A stretch of DNA of 64,000 bases from a virus, in the IMG/VR virus record IMGVR_UViG_3300032753_001573, positions 1-64,000 of that record; one strand, 5' to 3'. The notes under the pieces are model-generated. The model saw nothing but the letters and a program-made list of their open reading frames with translations, searched no databases and was not told where the DNA came from. The position numbers were made by a program, and so were the translations under genes. Numbering within the stretch: position 1 is the first letter of the stretch; every line of letters begins with the position of its first letter. Shown here piece after piece: positions 1-9,792 of this stretch.

Positions 1-170
1 TACTTCAAATGGAACAGCAGGTGCCAATGCCGGTGGTTCTACTACTGCCGGAAGTGAAGCTGCTGCAACTACTTCAGATGGAACAGCAGGTGACAATGCC
101 GGTGGTTCTACTACTGCCGGAAGTGATGCTGCTGCAACTACTTCAGATGGAAGAGCAGGTGCCAATGCCG
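1..170 (+). repeat. 69-bp tandem repeat (23-aa unit), about 2.5 copies visible
   Basis: tacttca(a/g)atgg recurs at 1, 70 and 139. Confidence 0.9.
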
Positions 171-289
171 AAAATAGCGATTCTGTTACAAAATATAATG
201 CTGATTTTAACAACACATCTAGCAGTGGATCTGATCAAGATTTAGCAGAATATTATGATGAAGCACCGTCTGAAGGCACAGATGTGTGA
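2..289 (+). CDS. 3' end of a low-complexity Ser/Thr/Gly/Ala repeat protein (partial, starts before window)
   Basis: Frame +2 reads TSNGTAGANAGGSTTAGSEAAA-TTSDGTAGDNAGG...EGTDV, ending at TGA 287-289; more plausible than the listed 9..245 ORF. Confidence 0.7.
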   Translation, partial: TSNGTAGANAGGSTTAGSEAAATTSDGTAGDNAGGSTTAGSDAAATTSDGRAGANAENSDSVTKYNADFNNTSSSGSDQDLAEYYDEAPSEGTDV

Positions 290-374
290 TCATTTTATTG
301 TATATACATTGTATGATATCTTTCCTTTATACTAGACAGGTAAATATTAGGCGCTTTAATTAAAAGGTTTCATT

Positions 375-1655
375 GTGCCATATAATATTACAAAATCAAA
401 CGGGACCCCTCTTGTTACAGTGCAAGACAATACTGTTAACACATCTGCATCCAGTTTAGCTTTAATAGGTAGAAATGCATTAAATTTTGGTCAGGGATTG
501 AATGATAATTTTGTTTCATTGATGCAAAATTTTTCAAGTGTTAGATCACCTAATAATCCTTTGCAAGGACAGCTATGGTATAATCCAGCTCAACAGACAC
601 TAAGCGTGTATGACGGAATAAGTTGGAAAACATGGACACCGGCGTTTAATGGTATAACAGGTGTAGCATCTGTAAATTTAAATGCTATTGCAACAATATT
701 ATTTGCAACAGTTTATCAAAATCAAATTATTACGGTTACAAGCCATAAAGCAATACCAAGCAATTTATTACCTCATTATGTTGTTATCAACGGGTTTCAG
801 TACAATTTTGCAACATTATTTCCAAACGGAATATTACCGGGAGTAAACATACCATTCCAATATTCAAATAATTTTACATATGGAACATCTACAACTGATA
901 ATGCTACTGTATTTGATAATGATATAGGTATAAACGGTACAGCCCTAGCAGCAAACACATTTGTAAATTCCCCAACAATAACTTTAACTGGGTCATTATA
1001 TGGTAATGCTATTATAACTGGTAGCAGCAATGTTAACATACCTGCAAACATGTCAAATGTTTATATAAATGATTCAAATAAAACAGTTGGCGGAGTTTGG
1101 TCTAACGTTACAGTTAGTGATACTGGTATTGTAACTGGTGTTAGCAATGTTTCAATTAATGATATATTTTTAGCTCTAGGATATCCTACTATTGATACAG
1201 ATTTAATGTCAGTTACTAATATACCAAATACAATGGTTGCTAGAGATGTAAATGCTAATTTTGAAGCAAACATAATGTTTGGTACTGCAACATCTGCATT
1301 TTCTTTTTCAAAGCCAGTTATGCTTGGTATAAATGGCGATGCAGTAGGAGCAGTTAGTTTTGATGGAACTACAGATGTTACGATACAAACTAATTTAGCA
1401 CCAGTTGAAAATTTAGAACAAGGATCTTATAACGTACTCAAAGTAAACAACACCGGTAGAGTAGTATCTGCTATGGTAGTTGACAATATGCCTATAGGCA
1501 GTTTGGTATTAATAGAAAATGAAAATTTGGTACCAACTGGTTGGGTATTATGTTATGGACAAACAATTATTTTACCAGATGGTGGCGAAATTACTGCACC
1601 CGATCTAAGTAATGTTACTGTTTTAGGTAACCAATATATCATGCGAATTTCATAA
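375..1655 (+). CDS. Baseplate/tail-fibre-associated structural protein
   Basis: N-terminal NF..L.QNF...P..P..GQLWY motif seen in jumbo-phage baseplate/fibre proteins; C-terminal collar-like PIGS...PTGW.LC.GQ...PDL; late promoter TAAATA at 341-346. Confidence 0.6.
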   Translation: MPYNITKSNGTPLVTVQDNTVNTSASSLALIGRNALNFGQGLNDNFVSLMQNFSSVRSPNNPLQGQLWYNPAQQTLSVYDGISWKTWTPAFNGITGVASVNLNAIATILFATVYQNQIITVTSHKAIPSNLLPHYVVINGFQYNFATLFPNGILPGVNIPFQYSNNFTYGTSTTDNATVFDNDIGINGTALAANTFVNSPTITLTGSLYGNAIITGSSNVNIPANMSNVYINDSNKTVGGVWSNVTVSDTGIVTGVSNVSINDIFLALGYPTIDTDLMSVTNIPNTMVARDVNANFEANIMFGTATSAFSFSKPVMLGINGDAVGAVSFDGTTDVTIQTNLAPVENLEQGSYNVLKVNNTGRVVSAMVVDNMPIGSLVLIENENLVPTGWVLCYGQTIILPDGGEITAPDLSNVTVLGNQYIMRIS

Positions 1656-1759
1656 ATATAAGAAAATATACCATTTTTTAACCTAAAATCTAAAGATTTC
1701 AAATATCAGCATTAAATAATCTTGAGTCTGTTGATATTTCACAAAAGGAGAGCTATCAC

Positions 1760-2737
1760 ATGAGTAAGAAACTTGAGCAAGTGCTAGAGTATCTGATCGC
1801 AGGCAAGCAGGACCAGGCAAAGGAACTGTTGCATCAGGTATTCATTGAGAAGGCCCGTAAGATCCATGAGGACATCATGAGTCATGATGACATGGAAGAA
1901 GATCACGACCTTGGTGGTGATGAGGGTGACGACTGGAAGCATGACATTATGGGCGACCATGATGAGCATCTAGAAGAGCTCAGCGACGAGATTGACGCTG
2001 AAGAAACTATGGCAGAAGATGAGGACGTCAGCGTTGGTGACGACGACATGATGGACATGCACGACGACATGGGCGGAGACGACATGGGCGGAGACGACAT
2101 GGCTGCAGACGATATGGGCGGCGATGATGCTGAAGGAATGGAAGGCATTGAAGACACCATTGGTGATCTAGAAGATGCACTTGCCGAACTTAAGGCTGAG
2201 TTTGAACGTCTAGAGTCAGGCGAGGAAGATGCTGGCGAAGAAGCTGGTGAAGAAGACGCAGGCGAAGAAGATGCTGGTGAAGAAGCTGGTGAAGAAGACG
2301 CAAGCGAAGAAGATGCTGGTGAAGAGTCATCCGAAGAAGATATGGATGAGAGCTGGCTTGAAGAAGATTGGGACGACCTAGCAGAGGCTATTGACCTCGA
2401 GAAGGTAAAGGTTCCTGCTTCAGGCGAAGTTGGAAGCGGTACATTTAGCTCAGCTGATGCTAATGCAAAGGCAAAGAGCCCAATCGCAACCAGCCAGACA
2501 CAGCGCATGGGTGCTAAGCCAATCAAGACTGATGACAAGCATCACAGCGGTTACAACCGTGAAACTGCTCCAAGCAGCAAGGACATGGGAATCACCAATC
2601 GTCGCAAGACAGCTGAAACAGGAATGAGCAAGGTCAGCAAGGAAGGTAATAGCTCCGCTGCTCTTAACAAGACAGTTTCAGAGTTTGGCATTGATAAGGA
2701 TTCAATGAGTCCTCTAAGCAAGAGCCCAAGGAAGTAA
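1760..2737 (+). CDS. Highly acidic prohead core/scaffold-associated protein
   Basis: D/E-rich with GGDDM and GEE(D)A repeats; AAGGAG RBS; late promoter at 1713-1718; directly upstream of the prohead protease. Confidence 0.6.
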   Translation: MSKKLEQVLEYLIAGKQDQAKELLHQVFIEKARKIHEDIMSHDDMEEDHDLGGDEGDDWKHDIMGDHDEHLEELSDEIDAEETMAEDEDVSVGDDDMMDMHDDMGGDDMGGDDMAADDMGGDDAEGMEGIEDTIGDLEDALAELKAEFERLESGEEDAGEEAGEEDAGEEDAGEEAGEEDASEEDAGEESSEEDMDESWLEEDWDDLAEAIDLEKVKVPASGEVGSGTFSSADANAKAKSPIATSQTQRMGAKPIKTDDKHHSGYNRETAPSSKDMGITNRRKTAETGMSKVSKEGNSSAALNKTVSEFGIDKDSMSPLSKSPRK

Positions 2738-2755
2738 TACTCCTTAAATTAGCTA

Positions 2756-2791
2756 AATCACCGCAGTAATCAACACTGCGGTGATTTTTTG
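2756..2791 (+). terminator. Rho-independent terminator
   Basis: aatcaccgcagt-aatcaac-actgcggtgatt followed by a T-run. Confidence 0.8.
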
Positions 2792-2870
2792 CAAAAAAAC
2801 ACGACATTTGTAGTGTAATTTCAATGATATTACTAAATATTTTTTGGCACTCGAAGGGTACCTAGAAAAA

Positions 2871-3500
2871 ATGAGCATATTAGTAGAACACCTAACTTAT
2901 GATACGGCAAAGGCCGAGGTGATCACCGAGTCAACTGACAATGGTAGCAAGAACTTCTATATGAAGGGGATTTTTGTACAAGGTGGCATCAGAAACCATA
3001 ATGGCCGAGTCTATCCTGTAAATGAGATACGCAAGGCAGTTGAAGCTATCAATGAGAGCATCAAGAGAGAAGCCGGTGTGCTAGGCGAATGTGATCATCC
3101 TCAAGAGCTACAGATACATCTAGATAGAGTGAGCCACAAGATCACTGAGATGTGGATGGACGGTGCTAATGGGTATGGTAAGCTACAGATATTACCCACA
3201 CCTTGTGGGAACATAGTCAGAACATTATTAGAATGCGGTGTGAAGCTAGGTGTTAGCTCACGCGGTTCTGGAAATGTTAACGATAACGGTGAAGTCAGCG
3301 ATTTCGATATGCTGACTGTAGATATAGTTGCTAAGCCAAGTGCGCCTAGTGCATACCCCGTACCAATGTACGAGGCTATCATGAATCGCAGGCATGGCCA
3401 CAAAGTACACGAGCTAGCTGAGGCTGTGAAATTTGATGTTTCCGCACAGAAACATCTAAAGACCATACTCACTGGTTGGATTAATGAATTGAAGTTTTAA
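2871..3500 (+). CDS. gp21: Prohead core protease (T4 gp21-like)
   Basis: GIF.Q....N.NGRVYP, GE.DHP, LGVSSRGSG, D.VA.PSAP.A motifs; ATG 2871 preferred over TTG 2844. Confidence 0.95.
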   Translation: MSILVEHLTYDTAKAEVITESTDNGSKNFYMKGIFVQGGIRNHNGRVYPVNEIRKAVEAINESIKREAGVLGECDHPQELQIHLDRVSHKITEMWMDGANGYGKLQILPTPCGNIVRTLLECGVKLGVSSRGSGNVNDNGEVSDFDMLTVDIVAKPSAPSAYPVPMYEAIMNRRHGHKVHELAEAVKFDVSAQKHLKTILTGWINELKF

Positions 3501-3515
3501 CAGGAGTTGAGTCTT

Positions 3516-4736
3516 ATGGAAAATCAACTAAAGGAGCTTCTAGAAAACGAGGTGCTTGGCCCAGAAGTCAAGCAGGCGTTGCAGGAAGCATTCAACAACA
3601 AGATAAAAGAAACTGAAACCAAGCTGCAGGAAGCTTATGCTTCTCGCTATGAGCATGACAAATCAGTGCTTGTTGAAGCCATGGACAATATGCTTACCGA
3701 TGCAATCAAGGCAGAACTTTCTGAATTCTCAGAAGATCGTACTGCTCTAATTGCACAGAAGGCCAAGCTAACAAAGGCAACGCTAGCCGCTAAGCGCGTC
3801 TACGAAGCCAAGCTGGCTGAGCATACCAAACTGCTAAACGCTTTCCTAAGCAAGCAGCTTAAGGAAGAAGTAGCAGAGTTTACGGCAGATCGCAAGCGTC
3901 TAGTTACTCAGCGCAAGCAGATGGCAAAAGAAGTACAGTCCATAAAGGAAAGCAGCAAGAAGCAGCTTGCCTCTAGGATTAACAAGTTGGAAGAGTTTGT
4001 GCTCAAGAACCTCTCTGAGGAGATCACAGAATTCCAACAGGACAAAAAGGCTCTAGTTGAACAGCGTGTCAAGCTGGCAGCAGAGAGCAAGAAGAGACTA
4101 CAGGAAACACAGACCAAGTTTGTTGGCAAGGCCGTTAAGCTGATCGATAAGACACTTAACGAAACTATCCGTAACGAACTTGTACAGTGGAGAGACGATA
4201 TCAAGGTTGCTCGTGAGAATAACTTTGGTCGCAGAATCTTTGAAGCTGTAGCAGCAGAATATATGGGCAGTTATCTAAGCGAAGGCAGCGAGATCAAGAA
4301 GTTGCAAAAGCTACTGTCCGAAACCGAGCACAGGCTCATGGAAGCCCAGTCCGAAACCCAGCAGAAGGCCAAACTCATTGAGCAGGCAGAAGCAAAGGTT
4401 AAGGTAGCTAGCGATAAGGCCACCAGGCTAGAAACGCTAAGCGAACTACTGGCACCTTTGAGTCGTGACAAGAAGGCAGTGATGGAAGAAATGCTCAAGG
4501 ACATCAAAACGTCCAACCTAAGAGAAGCTTTCAATCGCTATCTTCCCGCCGTGATCAACGGCAGCGCACAGAGTAGCCCAAGCAAGACAACACTTGCAGA
4601 AACTGCTCAATCAAAGTCCGTGGGGATCACGGGTGATAGGAAGAACAAGCTGAGTGAAGCAGTGGTTGAGGAATCAAACGCAGGCAGCAGCGACATTGCT
4701 TCCATACTATATCTTGCAGGAATAAACAAGGTTTAA
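3516..4736 (+). CDS. gp22: Prohead scaffolding protein (T4 gp22-like)
   Basis: Coiled-coil E/K-rich protein between protease and capsid genes; FGRRIFEA motif; CAGGAG RBS before ATG 3516. Confidence 0.85.
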   Translation: MENQLKELLENEVLGPEVKQALQEAFNNKIKETETKLQEAYASRYEHDKSVLVEAMDNMLTDAIKAELSEFSEDRTALIAQKAKLTKATLAAKRVYEAKLAEHTKLLNAFLSKQLKEEVAEFTADRKRLVTQRKQMAKEVQSIKESSKKQLASRINKLEEFVLKNLSEEITEFQQDKKALVEQRVKLAAESKKRLQETQTKFVGKAVKLIDKTLNETIRNELVQWRDDIKVARENNFGRRIFEAVAAEYMGSYLSEGSEIKKLQKLLSETEHRLMEAQSETQQKAKLIEQAEAKVKVASDKATRLETLSELLAPLSRDKKAVMEEMLKDIKTSNLREAFNRYLPAVINGSAQSSPSKTTLAETAQSKSVGITGDRKNKLSEAVVEESNAGSSDIASILYLAGINKV

Positions 4737-4750
4737 GGAGAACTGAACAA

Positions 4751-5950
4751 ATGAGCAAGAATCTATTTGAAACTCATTGGACGGCTACCAAGACCGCTCT
4801 TTGCGAAGGCCTAAGCGGCAACCGCAAGAAGGTTATGGAGGTCATCCTCGAGAACACTAAGAAGGATTTGCAGGGCAAGTCCGGTATATTGTTTGAGAGT
4901 GCAACACCAGGTGCTACAAGCGCAGGTAACGTTGCTACCCTAAACAAGGTAATACTCCCAGTGATTCGTCGTGTAATGCCAACTGTCATTGCTAACGAAA
5001 TCATCGGTGTGCAGCCAATGACTGGTCCAGTTGGCCAGATCCATACACTGCGCGTTCGCTACGCTGATACGTTTGGTTCACCAAACCCAGTTACAGCTAG
5101 CACAGAAGCTCTAAGCCCATTCGATATCGCTAAGTTCTACAGCGGTAATGGCAACAGCAACTATCCAAAGGCTGCTCCAGTTGGAGTGCTTGAAGGTACT
5201 GCTGGTAAGCGTTTGAACATCCAGATCCTCAAGGAGACCGTTGAGGCTAAGACTCGTAAGCTTAGCGCACGTTGGACCTTTGAGTCAGCTCAGGATTCTC
5301 AGGCTCAGCAGGGCATTGACATCGAGGCTGAAATTATGGCAGCTCTCGCACAGGAAATCACCGCAGAAATCGACCAGGAGATTCTAACCTCTCTCGGCGT
5401 TCTTGCTGGTACCACACTAACATACGATCAGGGCGCAGTAAGCGGTACCGCTACCTACGTTGGCGACGAGCACGCTGCTCTTGCTATCTTGATCAATCGT
5501 GCAGCTAACTTGATTGCTGCTCGTACACGTCGTGGCGCTGGTAACTGGGTAGTTGTGAGCCCAACCGCTCTCACCATCCTCCAGTCAGCAACGACTTCTG
5601 CATTTGCACGTACTACCGAAGGCACGTTCGAGGCTCCAACCAACACCAAGTTCGTTGGTACCCTCAACAACAGCATGCGCGTTTACGTAAACCAGTATGC
5701 AGCTGATGACACCAACGTTCTCGTTGGTTACAAGGGCCCGGGCGAAATAGATGCCGCAGCGTACTATTGCCCCTACGTCCCACTAACAAGCTCAGGCGTC
5801 ATCATTGATCCAAATACCTTCGAACCAGTAGTAAGCTTTATGACTAGGTATGGTTACCTAGAGCTATCCAACACTGCAAGCAGCTTGGGTAACGCAGCTG
5901 ACTACCTCGCAGGAATTGGAGTTAATACTGCACACTTGAAGTTCCTATAA
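4751..5950 (+). CDS. gp23: Major capsid protein (T4 gp23-like)
   Basis: GVQPMTGP.GQI, V.AKTRKL.A.WT.E.AQD, YCPYVPL, F.TRYG motifs. Confidence 0.97.
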   Translation: MSKNLFETHWTATKTALCEGLSGNRKKVMEVILENTKKDLQGKSGILFESATPGATSAGNVATLNKVILPVIRRVMPTVIANEIIGVQPMTGPVGQIHTLRVRYADTFGSPNPVTASTEALSPFDIAKFYSGNGNSNYPKAAPVGVLEGTAGKRLNIQILKETVEAKTRKLSARWTFESAQDSQAQQGIDIEAEIMAALAQEITAEIDQEILTSLGVLAGTTLTYDQGAVSGTATYVGDEHAALAILINRAANLIAARTRRGAGNWVVVSPTALTILQSATTSAFARTTEGTFEAPTNTKFVGTLNNSMRVYVNQYAADDTNVLVGYKGPGEIDAAAYYCPYVPLTSSGVIIDPNTFEPVVSFMTRYGYLELSNTASSLGNAADYLAGIGVNTAHLKFL

Positions 5951-5982
5951 AACATAGTAACTTCAATAAGTTATATAAAAAT

Positions 5983-6012
5983 AAAACCCAGGAGAAATCC
6001 TGGGTTTTTATT
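5983..6012 (+). terminator. Rho-independent terminator after capsid gene
   Basis: aaaacccagga-gaaa-tcctgggttttt. Confidence 0.85.
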
Positions 6013-6077
6013 AGACTTGTTTTTAATCGAATATACCAATCATTGACAATTACACCTTAACCTTGCATAAATATATC

Positions 6078-7643
6078 ATGCAAGACGCTATTTTAAACAA
6101 AGTACACGAGATCATAAAAACATCTAAACCAGATGGTATTGTTACACGACTAAGACATAATGAAGAATTGTGGCCTGTAATTTTAAAATTTACAGAAAAT
6201 TTTAGTTTTAAAAATAAGGCTGAACAAGTTTATTTTTATTCTCAACAATTAAAATCTACGCCTATTTGTAAATGCAGTAAACCTTTAACATTTGTATCTA
6301 TCACGTCAGGCTACAGAGAATTCTGTAGTAGATCCTGTAAATATGCTAAAGAAGCTGCTTTAGATAGACGTGTAGCAGCAATGAAGGCGAATGGCGGTGT
6401 GGGTTTAGCAAATCCTAAAACATATCTGAAAGCGAAAGGTAAACTACAAGAAAAACATGGTCTAGATGTAACCAATCCTGGACAGATTAAAAGTCATATA
6501 CATAACATGACTGTAAATAATCCAATGTTTATAGAAAAAAATAGAAAGAAATTAAAAACTATATTTGAAGAAAAATATGGAAAAGATAGATTTAATCCGG
6601 GATTACGCAATTGTACTGATACCCAATTAGATTTACTTTCTGACATAGATAAATTTTCAGAAATTATTAAAGGAAAGAGTGCAGTTTCAGTTGCAAAAGA
6701 AACAGGGTTAAACCATTCTACTATAATGAGAAGAGCACATAAATTTGATTTATTAAATACTATGATTTATAAGCCACAAAGTGCAATGGAACATGATTTA
6801 AAAATTTGGTTAGATAGTAACCGTATATCCTATCAACAACATAATAGATCTATTTTACAAAATAATTATGAGTTAGATTTTTATTTCCCTCAATGGAATT
6901 TTGCAATTGAGTTACATGGGTTATTTCATCATGCTGAAATAGCAAGCAATAAAGATAAAACTTATCATGTACAAAAATATAAAGGTTGTCAAATAAAAGG
7001 TGTTCAATTATTACAAATTTGGCAAGACGAATATTGGCAGTACAAAGAAGTAGTTCAAAGTAAGATATTATATCTAGCAAATTTAATTACTAATAAAATA
7101 CCTGCTAGAAAATGTAAATTGGCACCATTGACTAATACAGAACTTGAACGTGATTTTATGAATAAAAATCATATACAGGGATTTGCAGACTATAGGCAAT
7201 GGAGTTTAGGTGCATGGTATAATGATAAACTAGTTGGAGTAATGGCATTTTCTAATCAAATGAACAGATTAGAATTGGTAAGATATGCTACTACAATTGA
7301 TAGTGTTATATCAGGATTGTTTTCAAAAATGCTTAAAAAATCAATAGAAGAATTTAAATTTATAGGCACAATCATTAGTTTAAGTGATAACAGAGTCAGT
7401 AATGGTAGACTTTACCTGAATAGCGGATTTTCTTATTTAGAAGAGTTAAAGCCAGGACATTGTTATACTACTGATTATAATAGTCGTATTAATAGACAGC
7501 ACTGCATGAAAACAAAGCTAATTAAGAGACATAATTTAGACCCTGATATTGCTAATGTAATGACAGAATGGGAGTTAGCACAAGAGTTAGGGTATGACAG
7601 GTTGTGGGATGCGGGTAAAATTAAATGGAGTTATAATATATGA
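6078..7643 (+). CDS. Hef-like homing endonuclease (Vsr/DUF559-like nuclease plus C-terminal GNAT/Mom-like domain)
   Basis: ELDFY.P...FAIE..G.FHH nuclease motif; ARKC, NHIQG, EL.RYA, SD.R.S.G..Y...GF, RLWDAG; markedly AT-rich. Confidence 0.75.
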   Translation: MQDAILNKVHEIIKTSKPDGIVTRLRHNEELWPVILKFTENFSFKNKAEQVYFYSQQLKSTPICKCSKPLTFVSITSGYREFCSRSCKYAKEAALDRRVAAMKANGGVGLANPKTYLKAKGKLQEKHGLDVTNPGQIKSHIHNMTVNNPMFIEKNRKKLKTIFEEKYGKDRFNPGLRNCTDTQLDLLSDIDKFSEIIKGKSAVSVAKETGLNHSTIMRRAHKFDLLNTMIYKPQSAMEHDLKIWLDSNRISYQQHNRSILQNNYELDFYFPQWNFAIELHGLFHHAEIASNKDKTYHVQKYKGCQIKGVQLLQIWQDEYWQYKEVVQSKILYLANLITNKIPARKCKLAPLTNTELERDFMNKNHIQGFADYRQWSLGAWYNDKLVGVMAFSNQMNRLELVRYATTIDSVISGLFSKMLKKSIEEFKFIGTIISLSDNRVSNGRLYLNSGFSYLEELKPGHCYTTDYNSRINRQHCMKTKLIKRHNLDPDIANVMTEWELAQELGYDRLWDAGKIKWSYNI

Positions 7644-9359
7644 TTATTTTGTGTATACTTTGATAAATTTATATTGTCCGCAATCCCAGATCCTGTCCCA
7701 TCTAAGTGATTGCATTATCTGCCATTCTGTTAGTGACGGATCATTACCTTTTGCTACTAAACTTTTTTTGGTAAAATTAAACCTATGATGTCGTGTTGCA
7801 TAATCATTTGTATACCAATAACCTGGCTTAGATGGTATATGCTCTATTTTAAATCCTAACTTATCGTACATGTTACCTCGACTCCATCTTGCATCAGCAT
7901 AGCTGAATATTAGAGATGGGCTGTATTTGTTTTCAAACGCTCTTAATAACTTGCTAGCTCCCCCTTGTACGGTTTTTGAACTAGCATATCTAAGTAGTTC
8001 GTATTCTCCTGTATTGGTCTTATTATTTGTAAAAGCTCTTGCTAATCCAAAGCTCATACATGCTACTAGTTCGTTGTCAAATGATAAACCTATATGTATC
8101 TTTGACCCTGTATATCCTTGTAGGTGATTATCCTCATAGAATTTTCTTGCTGATATAGTATCAACTTCTATTATTTTGCATTTTCTAGCAGCTATGCGAT
8201 TGTTAGAAACGCCAAATATATTTTTTAGTTTGTTTTTAACAATTTCTTTTTTATGAGTCCATTCGTCGCTGAATATTGTTATCAATCGATAACCTTTTTG
8301 CTCACATAGTTTCATCTTTTTAATGTGATAATCTTGTTGTTTATTGTGACTTGATTCAGCATGCCAATATAAACCGCAATACTCTATTGCTATACGTTGA
8401 TCGTGACAAACTATATCAAGTTCATATGGATTTATCAAAGATCGATTTCTTTGTTCAGCTGATATACCTAATTGTTTAATATAATCAAAAACTTCATTTT
8501 CTTCGCCACTTTTGAAAGAATGTACGGTTGGGAAACAGGTCTTACAGATTGGAAGATGACCGCAAGAAATCCAAGTGGAGAATGTTGTTTTACATGTATT
8601 GCACTGGAAATCATAATGTATTTGACCAACTGTACCTAAGTATTCTTCGGGTTTAGTTAAAAATTCTACATTGCATAATTCCCTAAATTTGGTAGATAGC
8701 TTATTGTAATCAAATTTAGAACTCTTTCTTTTTTCCCAAGCTTTCTTGCTGTTCTCACTTAATCTAATTTTACTCTCTGGTAATTGATTTATATTATCAA
8801 CACCGTATCTTTCCCGTACAGTGCTTCTTGCTTTTTCTTTGATAGCAGTTAACTTCATAGCATTATCTACACCATAACGATCAATCATGGTGGATTTCTG
8901 TTTGTTAATCTGTTCTTGAACTGCTAGATCGTTATTATAGAATTCCTTGTGTTTGGCTATTGCTTGGCTGGTTTGACCAGCATTGGCTACACCATACTTG
9001 TTTTGATTGGTATTGGATCTCTTATCGTTAATTCGCTTCTTTTTGTCCAATGAATATTCATTCTTTGCTGTAGATACTTTCTGGCTGACAGATTCTTTAG
9101 CACACTGACACTCTGCTGCTCTGCCACAAAATCCATATCCGTGATTGAAGCTAATAAATCTCTTGTTATTACCTAACTTGCATATATTTGAATTAATACC
9201 ATTGAGCACCAAATATGCACGCTCGCTTAGTGTGATAGTGTTTTGTATATTGGCTGTAGCTTGCAATAACCAATTGGAAAGGTCTAGGTCTCTTTTCAAA
9301 GTCCCGCCAAGTTGTTTTGGATTAGTAGTTTTTATTAGTTCTTTTAACTTATCTAGCAT
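7644..9359 (-). CDS. Second Hef-like homing endonuclease (paralogue, convergent)
   Basis: PYELDI......IAIEYCGLYWH; ARKC, NHLQG, YELLRYA, SYADARWS.G..Y..LGF, RIWDCG; T..(K/R)YGV.N repeats; Cys pairs. Confidence 0.75.
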   Translation of the reverse strand: MLDKLKELIKTTNPKQLGGTLKRDLDLSNWLLQATANIQNTITLSERAYLVLNGINSNICKLGNNKRFISFNHGYGFCGRAAECQCAKESVSQKVSTAKNEYSLDKKKRINDKRSNTNQNKYGVANAGQTSQAIAKHKEFYNNDLAVQEQINKQKSTMIDRYGVDNAMKLTAIKEKARSTVRERYGVDNINQLPESKIRLSENSKKAWEKRKSSKFDYNKLSTKFRELCNVEFLTKPEEYLGTVGQIHYDFQCNTCKTTFSTWISCGHLPICKTCFPTVHSFKSGEENEVFDYIKQLGISAEQRNRSLINPYELDIVCHDQRIAIEYCGLYWHAESSHNKQQDYHIKKMKLCEQKGYRLITIFSDEWTHKKEIVKNKLKNIFGVSNNRIAARKCKIIEVDTISARKFYEDNHLQGYTGSKIHIGLSFDNELVACMSFGLARAFTNNKTNTGEYELLRYASSKTVQGGASKLLRAFENKYSPSLIFSYADARWSRGNMYDKLGFKIEHIPSKPGYWYTNDYATRHHRFNFTKKSLVAKGNDPSLTEWQIMQSLRWDRIWDCGQYKFIKVYTK

Positions 9360-9482
9360 TTTAAAATCCTATCACTATAAGATATACTTACATTTGAACT
9401 TGCTGTCAATACTATTAATCAGATATATTTTGTATGTGTAAGATTCGGATAAATATAATATAGCGTATTTGGAGATTTTACC

Positions 9483-9782
9483 ATGGAGTATGATTGGGTA
9501 TTTGGACCTGCTGTGATTTCTGTAGATCCCACTTTAGGAAACATAGTTACTGGTATTAACTGGTATTGCGTTGGATATGACAGTGCAAGTGGCAACAATT
9601 TCAAAACTAGCGGATTAGTTGCTGCACCTGCTGCAGATTCTGATAATTTCGTCCCGTTTGACCAGTTAGATTCCACAACTGTTTCAAATTGGGTATTTGC
9701 ATCGGTTGATCAAAATGCTACAGAAGCTGCATTGTTAGCAGAGAGTCAAGTGGTACCTACCGTAGTGCCTTTTAACTTTTAA
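9483..9782 (+). CDS. Small conserved phage protein (probably virion/tail associated)
   Basis: GGAG RBS; late promoter GATAAATA 9448-9455; FVPFDQL....V..WV motif. Confidence 0.55.
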   Translation: MEYDWVFGPAVISVDPTLGNIVTGINWYCVGYDSASGNNFKTSGLVAAPAADSDNFVPFDQLDSTTVSNWVFASVDQNATEAALLAESQVVPTVVPFNF

Positions 9783-9792
9783 TAGGATTATT

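Noticed and set aside
9-245. Listed 78-aa ORF MEQQVPMPVVLLL...
   Set aside because: Alternate-frame reading of the 69-bp repeat; frame +2 gives a more plausible protein end
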